DNA of 64,000 nucleotides from Spizellomyces punctatus DAOM BR117 (taxonomy: Eukaryota): NCBI GenBank assembly GCA_000182565.2, contig KQ257456.1; one strand, 5' to 3'. The position numbers and the translations under genes were made by a program. How positions within the stretch are numbered: the first letter of the stretch is position 1; every line of letters starts with the position of its first letter. Positions 38,209-48,463 of this stretch are shown one piece after another. The notes beneath the pieces were generated by a model. The model worked only from the letters and a program-made list of their open reading frames with translations. It was not told the origin of the DNA and searched no databases.

Positions 38209-39222
38209 TCTTGGATTTGTACAGAGTTTGTGAAATTGGCAGTAATAAGTCTCAGATCAGTACGTGAGCACCATAACCGACATTCAGAATAGGCGATAAA
38301 ACTAACACATCCACTATTGCCAATGCGTATGCATCAGCCTTTGTCACATTTCGTAAGGGGGTTTAATGTGCCGCAGAGAATATGGCATTACACACGGTCA
38401 AGCCGTCGATTCACTAATGATACGCTGACATGCATCATCGGTTGACTCTGCAGTACTTGGAGCCCCGTAGAAAGACTATGGACAAGTATTTTAGAAGGCT
38501 AGAATCGAACAAGCCAACACAACAGTAGCTGGCATCACCAGAAAGGGCAAATGAATTTCTGGCCATCTCCGGGACAAGTCTTAAGTAATGGCAATACGGT
38601 CATCAGGGCCCACTGCCTCCTCAAAGGCAAAAACAAAAACGTACAAAGCGCAGGAAAGACAGGGTGCTTGACAAGAAGCCGTCCAGCCGCCCAGACACTA
38701 AAGCACCATGTTACGTAACAAGTCTTGGCCTATTGCTGATGTGTCATGAAGAGCCAAAATCAAGAGAAACTCGATGGGGCCCGCTGGCATCAGTTTAAAG
38801 CTTTGACGAACGTCTTGCCGCAGGGTTAATTTGCATCATGAGATCATTAACTCCATCTTTTGTTCGATAATTGATAACGAAATCCCTTTTACTTTTCGGT
38901 GCATGATCAATTACGTTAAAGAGAGTGTAATGTCGACGTGTCACCTTCTGGGTGAGAGATTGGGGTCCTGGTTTTAGGATGTCATCGTCCAGTCTGTGTC
39001 ATTGCCCCGGGAATGGGATTATTATGCATTAAACATTTCTATCAAGAAGATCTCAGCAGTTCTCCATTGATCTTGACGATACCCTAGCACATTAAGATCG
39101 GATAACTATAATTCTTCTTTGTGAAATTGTACCATCTGCTCGACATCATGTTGACATCTGTAGAGATGCCGATTCAAGTGTATCATAGCCATTTTAAGGT
39201 TATATCGCACAAGCGTCAATCA

Positions 39223-40973
39223 ATGGTATGCTTCACGTTAATAGAATATCCTTTTCCCGGTGCTTGTAGACCAAAGCCGTTAGCTTTCCTCCTACCATTT
39301 CTCCTACTTTACCTCCCGAATCAACCGATCATCTCCGAATATTTTTGATCCAGTCAGCTCATGGGCTTTATGCATCGTCAGGTATGTAAATAGTCGTGCC
39401 GAATCAAGAGTTACGCTAATACCTGCCAAATGTCCCCCATTCCAGGAGGCTATCGAGCCAATATCGCGCTAGCTCGCGCAATGCGATCGCGAGGACATGT
39501 CATTAAAATGCTTGCATCTGTATACGCCAACGAGGTCGCTACCATCCCTCATACTCGGACAGTCGAGAAATTCGGCCACAGGGTGATTCCCGTGTATCGC
39601 TTCTGGTATGGGCAAATTGACGTTGTCGCATTGGATGCGGATGAGTGTCGGGAAGCTTTCAATCGGTCCAAAGAGGTGACTGAAATGATGGAGTCTTGGC
39701 TGGAGGTACGCCATGTTTGATCTCTGATGGGATTGAAAAACAAAAGGTTTTCTTCTAACTTGCGGTCGTAGAATGAAAAGGACGTTCCACTCCTCACCGC
39801 AAGACAAGAATTCGTGGCAAAGGAAGTCGCCTCCTTTCATCCATCCCACGTAATCATGAACGATTACTGTTCCCTCAAAGCTATTCTTGAGGCACGCATT
39901 CCGCCATGCACCAAAATCTTTATCGTCCATGATGCAGAGGACCTTCCCTTTGGACCGTTTGCTCGAGGACAGCCGTGTTTTGGTGAGTGTTCTTTGGGAT
40001 ATTTTTCCAGTGGCTACGCGCTTTCTGATGGTAAGATCTTCCACATAATGGACTGCGCCAAACCTCCATCACTCGCACTACATCAGACGGGTACACGATC
40101 AAAACATCCTACCGTCGCCTTCAACACGTCGATGGCCTGTGGGCCGTCAGTAATGCCGTTGCAGATTACTTTGCAAACTACGGTAAACTAACATGCAGGA
40201 TCTTACCGAACCATCCTCTCATTTACGGTGACGACGTCCATTCACTGCCGTTTTACCAAAACTTTGACAAGCCGTATATTTGTGCAATTAATCCTGGTTA
40301 TCTGAAAGGATTCCCGATTGTCAAAGCAATTATGGAACGGATGCCTGAAAATCAGTTTTTGATTGTTAAATCTTGGAACATATTGTGGAATCCGTTTGTG
40401 TTGGAAGAGTTTGAAAAGATGGAGAATGCCATGTAAGCTGGGCCGATGTCCTTTGTGATAGACAGTGCCTCAGCCGTCTATATATCGCTAATAGATTAGC
40501 GTTGGGCCAGCTTGATGGATCCAGTTAGCGACATGGAAAGTCTCTGGCCGCAAGTCAAAGTTCTCTTAGTCCCAAGCCTCTGGTATGAAGCCTTCGGTCT
40601 TGTCGTAATTGAAGCTCTTCTCCGCGGGATTCCTGTCCTGTCTTCGAACGCGGGCGGCTTGATTGAGGCCCACCTCGGCGTTCCCTACGTTGTCCCCACC
40701 AACAACATCACTGGAGAACGCGAAACAGACCAAGAACTCGTAAAACGACAGGGTACGGACTACAAAATTCCGCAAAATTCCGCTGATCCTTGGGTCCGTA
40801 TCCTTCGCAGTCTCATGCATGATCAGGAATTGTACGAACGGATCCGCTTGCAAAGCCGGATCGCTGCTGTTGCATATGTCAAGGGATTGGATTCGCAGAT
40901 GTATGAGGATTATATGAAGAGTTTGGAGCAGGTACAGCGAGCAAGGGTTGGAAAGAACCATCTGGTGGGATAA
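39223..40973 (+). CDS. GT-B fold glycosyltransferase, family 4-like
   Basis: Spliced: LRIFLIQSAHGLYASS|GGYRANIALARAMRSRGH...VHDAEDLPFGPF...WAVS...INPGYLKGF...LLVPSLWYEAFGLVVIEALLRGIPVLSSNAGGL (Ex7E motif). Start assumes an ATG-only first exon and a 44-nt intron. Confidence 0.85.
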
Positions 40974-41227
40974 TGACAAAGACTTGGCTGTGGCTGTTGA
41001 ATATATGCTGTGTATTTTACATGTTTGAGCACCGTATGGAGTAACCTACAGCGCTGGTAGAGCTTTACCGCTTTTAGATGGACGTTGTAACGATGCAACT
41101 TCTTCAAGCACAGCATTTGTTCTGCTGTCCGGCTGCAATCCATTCGAATGCAATAAAATGGCCAAGTAACGTCATGGATGGTTTCAAGCGATGGGTCTGG
41201 CCTTCTTCCCATTAAGAGTTTACCGAA

Positions 41228-42268
41228 ATGTCAACCGACGGACATTACGACAATATAAAGGACTATTATGGCAAAGTTCTCTCGTCCACAAAAGATCTGA
41301 AGACATCTGCTTGTTGTGCTGCCGAGAAACCGCATCCCATTATTCGACAACACCTCCTCCAGATCCCCGAAGCAGTCCTGAGCAGATTCTATGGATGTGG
41401 TAACCCTGTCCCACTGGGCATAGAAGGTCTATCGGTACTCGACCTCGGATGTGGAACTGGTCGAGATTGTTATCTTGCTGCTGGGTTGGTCGGTCCCAAG
41501 GGCGCAGTGATTGGTGTGGACATGACGGAGGAGCAGTTGAAAGTCGCCAGGAACTCATTACAGGAGTTTGAACAAAATATTGGCTATAAACCTAATATGA
41601 GGTTTGTTCAAGGATTTATTGAAGCACTGGACGACATTATTCCCTCTTCGTCGATTGATGTTTGTATTTCAAATTGCGTCATCAATCTGTCCCCTGATAA
41701 GGAGGCAGTCCTCAGAGGAGTTTACAACGCATTGAAACCCGGCGGAGAGTTTTATTTCTCGGATGTCTATGCAGACCGACGGATACCCGCTCACGTACAG
41801 TCCCAGAAGGTTCTCCAAGGAGAGTGTCTTGCAGGAGCACTATATGTTCAAGACTTTCTCCGTCTGTGCCACAAAATAGGCTTCACAGAGCCCCGCCGCT
41901 TATCGACATCTACGATCGATGTCACCGACCCTGATCTTTCTGATATATGCGGAAATATCAAGTTCTACTCTATCACCTACCGACTCTTTAAACTCCCCGA
42001 ATTAGAGAGCATATGCGAGGATTATGGACAGGTCGCTACGTACCTGGGCACACTACAAGGACACAAACACTACTATGATTTGGATGATCACCATCAATTT
42101 GTGACAGGGAAACCAATGTTGGTGTGCGGAAATACAGCGGATATGGTGGGTCAGTCGTGGTTAGGAAAGCATTTCAAGGTGGAGGGAGACCGGAGTGTAC
42201 ATTTTGGGGTATTCGAGTGTGGGACCGGCAAGGAGAATGATAATGGAAGGGCTGGCCCTTGTTGCTGA
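41228..42268 (+). CDS. arsM: Arsenite S-adenosylmethionine methyltransferase (ArsM/AS3MT), intronless
   Basis: YYGKVL...DLKTSACC, FYGCG, VLDLGCGTGRD, GVDMT, ISNCVINL, LKPGGEFYFSDVY, GECLAGALY. All four canonical Cys positions present. C-terminal CEDYGQ...VCGNT domain; ends in CC. Confidence 0.93.
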   Translation: MSTDGHYDNIKDYYGKVLSSTKDLKTSACCAAEKPHPIIRQHLLQIPEAVLSRFYGCGNPVPLGIEGLSVLDLGCGTGRDCYLAAGLVGPKGAVIGVDMTEEQLKVARNSLQEFEQNIGYKPNMRFVQGFIEALDDIIPSSSIDVCISNCVINLSPDKEAVLRGVYNALKPGGEFYFSDVYADRRIPAHVQSQKVLQGECLAGALYVQDFLRLCHKIGFTEPRRLSTSTIDVTDPDLSDICGNIKFYSITYRLFKLPELESICEDYGQVATYLGTLQGHKHYYDLDDHHQFVTGKPMLVCGNTADMVGQSWLGKHFKVEGDRSVHFGVFECGTGKENDNGRAGPCC

Positions 42269-43439
42269 TTCGTTACCCGTCTCGGCGGTCATGGGTCATC
42301 GTAGATACACAATCATTGACAATATACAGGTCTGTTTATGAATAGAACCATTTGCATCTATACTATGACTTGAAACCTGCAAGTGTCCCATTAATGTCCT
42401 TACATAGTTGTCCACTACTGCAAACTTGTCGTCTTCCACCCAGTAGCGGTTCCAGCGGTCGTGTTTATGACAAAGGCCAACCAAATAGTGCCGGCACTTA
42501 CAGGATGACGGAAAACGACCAGTACGGATCGCACTCTGAGGAAGCCCTTTGGCATCGGAGCCTATACTTACCCGAAACCCACTCCAAAGTTGTGTGGATC
42601 ATCGCATATCTTCTTGTCTTGGTCGTCTGCACGTAGTTCTGCATGGCTTTCGCCGGTAGATATCTTTGCAATTCCTGAAACTGCTTGTGTGGTTTCGAAT
42701 GCATTCAGAACTCGGACTAGGACATGTATGGCGTACCCTTCATCGGTATCTATCTAAAGGTGTCTTCAACCCGACCCACTGAACTTCCCAGTCTCCTAGC
42801 ACAGCTATAAGCATATTCCTGACCGTGCAATCCATCAGTTATCGAGGCTGAGTACTTGAGCTAACCTGACCTCCTAAAGAGGCATCTAAACACCGGCGAC
42901 AGCAACTAACCTGACAATTTCGGCAACTCCGTAATAGCTTGCGTTTGTGTCATGGATTTGGGTGTCAACGAGGAATGCCATTATGGGAAATGGTTGCTTT
43001 TAGCGCCAGTCCCGGTCGCTAGTACGATCGATACTTTTCTAGCAACGCTTTGGAACCCAACAGTCCATTGCCAAAGGGCAATGGGGGCGTCAACGGCTGG
43101 TACAAATGTGGAATTTCAGCCATCCAACGGGCAAGGGACCAATTGTTCATATGAGCAATGGCCTTTTTGTCCCTCCTGCAAGAGTCACCAAATCGAGGGC
43201 CAAGTAACGTCACCGCATTGTAAGTTATTGGCTGCTTTTGAGACTCCAACCTCTCATATTTTCCGTCAATATTCGATGAAACACAAATGCCGGTCCGATT
43301 TCGCGGACTGGCAGTAGCAGTAGATAATCTACGCAAATCGATGCTCATTGTTTTGAACGCAGAATCAAAGCTAAGAGTATCTGTGATATTTACAATATGA
43401 ATGAAAGCCCCACAAAGGAACATACACGCCATAACTCCC

Positions 43440-45466
43440 CTACATCCACTTTTCCTTCCATATCCATCCTTCACCTACAACCTCCTTTCCTTCTTGCACC
43501 GCGCTCCGAAACCACTTTGCACTTTCTTTACGGTCCTTTTTCACCCCCACACCATTTAGCAAACAATAAGCCGTCTCAATCATTGCATCAGGATCACCTG
43601 CACAAGCCGCCGCTCGAAGGAAGTAGAAAGCCGCCGGAAGCGATTTTGCCACGCCCCATCCATGCCTAAAACATATTCCGAGTTCGTATAATGGTAAGGG
43701 AAGAATAGAGCGGGTAATACTCAAGTCTGTCAAAACATCGCCAGAAGTGAAGTTTTGAGTGGGGGAAGGTGAACTCGTTATGATTCTAGACGCTGTGGCA
43801 AAAATGGACCATGTGGACATTGGGCGTGAAACAGTTGAGGTGCGGGAGGTTGATGATAAACGGCGGGTGAGAGAGGGAAAGATGGAGGAGGATCGGGGGG
43901 GAGCGATCATACCGTGACTTCTACTGGATGTGGGTAGCGAGTCACAGGAAGGTGATATTCCCAGCCCGTTTGCAAGATTGGAAGCCGGTGGTACCACTCC
44001 GTTCCACGCACTGGATTTTGATTTTGATGAAGGTCTTTCAGTGGAAGATGTTAGATCGCCCGGTGTCATGTGCTGTCCAGTGGTGGAGCTCGAACCCGAA
44101 GCACCAGAAGTTGGGTGCGCTTGCTTGTCTTTCCATCGCTTCCACACTTCCGCGACACCGACTATACTGGCCTCTGCCCCTCGCACAAAGCACCTGACGG
44201 CCCGTATCCTGTCTTCCTCGACACCCCATCCATGGCGCAAACACATGCCCAGCAGGTATAAACCAAGCGGGTGCCCTTCCAATGCAGATCGTTCGAGGTA
44301 GTACACGGAAAGGTCTAGGTTGTCTGATTCGTGATAGTAGATTGCCAGTTGAATGTTGTCGGTTGCCTCCAGGTGAGGAGGTGGCGGTGGAATAGTTGGT
44401 GGAGCATAATTGAGTGGCCGGGTGGGATCAATCGCAGGGTGAACGCTGGAAGGCTGTAGTGTCACAGATGGTGCCAGAGAGCATTCTCCCTTGGAATTTG
44501 CTCGCCTTCTTAACTTCCGCCAGGTCCGTTTTAAATGAGAAAGTCCACATAGTCCTCTGGATGTATCGTCGCCCGTTCCTTCAATTTTCTGCTTGTTTTC
44601 CTTGCGTATTCGGATGTCCTTATCTGCCACTTTAGACGACAAGTCCACCATTCTGTTCCGTGGAATAATCTTATTTATTACATTCTCTTCTGTTTCCCTT
44701 AACTTTGTCATCAAGCCCCGCACATCAAGATCTTGTCCCAATTCCCCCTGAAGCAAGTCAACCATCTCAGACGGGATGGATTGTAGTCTGCGTTCAATTG
44801 TTGCGTCCGAAAATGCAGCACGAGGATTGGTAGCGCGGATGGAAGGTTGGCGGGAGCGGGAGGCAGGCACCACATTGGACAGCATAGTTGGATGCGATGC
44901 CATAGATTGACGAGTCTCGGCATCAGGATTAGGGCCGGGATTGCTATTGGTATTGTCCATCGACGACTTTCGCGCTTTTCTTCCCAGGGTCTGAGATGGT
45001 CCACGCGGCTCGGGAAGATCTGCTATGACCGAGCTGCGGAACAACAAGGTTGGCTTTGGACGCAGTCCCCCGCAGTCTAAAGGCGACTTTCTTACCTAAG
45101 CCTCGCCAGCTCGTTGTTCAGTTCATCAATGTCACCGTCCATCAATCGGGCCGTGTCCCCATCATTATGGACTGAACTCGGCCGGGGACGTGACGCGGAC
45201 GTCGATTTGCGACGTTCGGTTGTATTGGACTGCACTTGCAAGTTTGGGCTATCAGACAAACCCAAGTCGAGGTCCCTGCTGCGTTGGCTTGGGCTGCGTG
45301 AAGGAGGTATTGAAGCTTTTGGGATAGGTGAGGGTGTTATTGTGGGGACGGGAAAGGAAGTTGGGGACTGGGTCGTCTGTACAGGAGGCATATGGAAATT
45401 GAACGGGATGGATGTTGTTGAGGTTGACAAGTTTTCTGCAAGATTAAGTTTATCCACACTTGTCAT
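43440..45466 (-). CDS. Sel1-like repeat protein, Nif1/Dsf2 family
   Basis: LAIYYHESDNL...GLYLLGMCLRHGWGV and LYELGICFRHGWGV...GDPDA...GVKKD...WIWKEKW. One intron at about 45036-45095 joins the two ORFs; start tentative. Confidence 0.8.
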
Positions 45467-46309
45467 TGTGCTGGCGTGCAATGCGAAGTTTGCATGGAGC
45501 ATGAATGTTATCAACGGGTGAAAAGCGACAACGGAAACGTCTCAAACTTTGTCGCCCGCTTCGCGCCTGCTCCGGTTTCTGAGACCAAGTCCCGCAATGC
45601 TACGTTTTAACGGACAGTAAGCCCACTTCCCAGTAGGTTCCCCTACCGGCAAATTGCCCTCCACAAAAAACTGCAGTTGAAGAAAGTAGAAGGATGACGT
45701 CGCCTTGGATTTGCAGTCAGGGCCAGGGCTTTGACGTGTTCCGCCCAAATTCGGGCAGTCGCTAATAATAACCACTGGTCAAAAGTATAATCAGAATAAT
45801 CGAACGCACCCCATGAGATATGCTCGTCAACCCTGACAGCTTACACAATGCTTGCAGTGTCGGAGGGGTCAGCGTTCAATCAATCGTATCTTGCGATCCA
45901 ATGATCGAACAAAAAGCATGTTATTTTTAGATTGGCCATGGGCCTATCTATAAATTCATCCAAGAAAAGAATCGGCCCGGCAAACAAGGAGGGCGCGGCG
46001 CGCACACGGGGGGATTTGCATGCTCTTTTCCCCTTGCGCAGCCACGGAATGTGAACGTTGCATATACTAATATCTCATAAAAGAAATCCCAATCACTTTG
46101 TTGTTGGAATGGCCAAAGAATCTTGGAACGCTTCACCAACATATATGATGCGAATTTCAATGAACAACAAAAAAAAAGTCGTCGACAGCATATGAACCAA
46201 TAGGCAACGGAAATGGAAACTCTTGTTCATCCGATAAAAGACACATGACACCCACTTCCTCTATCAAGATGCTATCCATAAACCTCGGTCACCCTCACGA
46301 CGCCAGCGG

Positions 46310-47749
46310 TTACGCTTCCAGCGTGAACCCAATACCAACACGTCCCTGACCACCGCCACCTTTTGCGTAGTCAATCTCCCCAGAAAGATGGAATGCCAAC
46401 CCTCCCACAATACGCTCCTCCAATACAGCACTCAAGCGACCCATCGTATCAACCATTCCACGGATGCTCGCATTGATCGTGTCAAGTTTGAAACCAACGC
46501 TAGCAATACCTTCTCTCCGACCTTCACCCATACGTCCGCCCTTGGTCATCAAAAGCTGAACTTCCGCACACACTTCCAAACGTTGATTCAAGCGACGCCA
46601 GTAGGTAGAGTGCAAAAGACCGCTGCCCGGCTGGAATGTGGCAGTAAATACTTGAGTAGGTGACTTAGGGTCAACCGGCGGGAAAGGCGATGGCATGCCC
46701 GGAGGAACTGTGGTCGGTGGCGGGAGTGGAGATGGCGGCGGTGCATAGCGCAAGGCATACGAAAGACTCGATTCCTCCACGTCAGCCATCATACGGTTGT
46801 ACACAAACTCGGTACCAAGCGCTACAGATTGCGTAACAGATTGAAGATATGCTAATTGGTAGATGCCCGTGGTGGAACTGGATCCTTTCTTCCCCCAAGA
46901 CGCGGCCTTGTCCACCGGGTTGGGGTTAACCGCTTTCACATTAAAGGAATAGTCCGAACCAACGTGATCATGCTCCAGCTGAACCATATTTTGACCAGGC
47001 TGATTTGTAAAGTGGGCCGTTACTTTGGAAGTCGACGATAACTTTGGTTGCTCAGGGAGCTGGGGAGGAGGCTGCTCGTGCGGAGGCTTGGTTGGATCGT
47101 AAGCCGGTTGCGCTGCAGGATTCGCTGGCTGTGCTAGCCAGTTGTAATTTGCGCGGGCCTGCAGACCACCTTGATCATCCACCTGTCCGTGTAGCATGAT
47201 CTGTCGACGCAAGGAATAAGACACGAGATTCTGTGGACCCTCTATATAGAGACGCTTATTCTGACCTTATCCTTTGCATAGACCGTACCAAAATGATATG
47301 TAGGAGGAAACTGCGATGCTCCCCAAGAGAAAGAATGCATGACTTGGAAGTGCGGTGTCAACACTGAGGTCAAATCAAACTTGGCTCCCTCGATCAAGAA
47401 GTTGGTAGGCTGCACCACTGGAACAAAAAACACCCTTGTTAAATCCATGATAACGTTTGTTGTGGGTCAAGCGACAGTATTCAGGCATCCCATTGACGAG
47501 CGCGAACATCAATCATAGAAACGTCTACATTGTTCACTTCGGACAGCCACTTTGCGGATGTTCACTCCAATACAGGACCTCTCACTGCTTCCTCGCCATA
47601 TAGCGCTTCTACTCACTCTTTGCTTCTCTGTGCAGGCCTTCCCAACTTCCCGGGGTTGGCAAGTTCATCTTCTGCCGGAACGCGGCAATCCGGTCAAAGA
47701 GACCACCGACTGCCGCCGGTGCCTGTGGCTTTGCGCTAGCATCGGCCAT
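46310..47749 (-). CDS. TOM40: Mitochondrial import channel Tom40
   Basis: LPTPGSWEGLHREAK|...EGAKFDL...FQVMHSF...|GQVDDQG...QLEHDHVGSDYSFNVKAVNP...YLQSVT...GEIDY...RVGIGFTLE. Contains Pro-rich loop insertions. Confidence 0.92.
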
Positions 47750-48463
47750 ACTGCTACTTGCGTGTGAGTAGACCGCGAAGAATCCGTTTCAAATAGTCCT
47801 CGTAGCTGGAAATGGCCGACTTGGGTCCGCCCGATGCAAATGACGAAATTGGGACTAGGAAGAAAACTCCGTCGTCGTCACCCTCGGAATGCTCGTCCAT
47901 CCCGTTTGGTTCCATGGCAACAACGGTTATAGAACCATATGGCGCAGCAGATTATATATAAAAGGCTATATGATGAGCATTTATAGTTAGATGATAAGCC
48001 ATTAAAGGGTTAATGATGCGCTCATTGGATTGGATGGAACTAACATAGCAACGGTTGCTATCCACTGAACACTGCATTTTTCATATTGCGCACCTGCGAA
48101 ACTCACCAGGGCTGACGCAATTTGAAGATCAGACTGTAACGGGAAGACACGTATTCACAGCGTTTGACATCTATTTTCCCCGTCTACTGCGATTGGTGAG
48201 TGTGCTGGGTGTTGGGTGATTGGAGATTATTGGTGCTTCGGCCAAAATGGCGGGAACTGGTTGCATTCTGAGAGATGAACTAGGAGCGAATCCAAGGCAA
48301 TTCTGGCGGTTAGGGAACGTTAGGGGGTCTCGCGAGCTAATGATGGGGACTCTGTTCAAATGGCATCTGCTGACAGATATTTAGTCTTCACTGACATGGG
48401 GGGAATGTACTAGTATTTGACTTCAGTCTGACTTACTCTGTTAACCATAGGTCAGTTCTAAAG

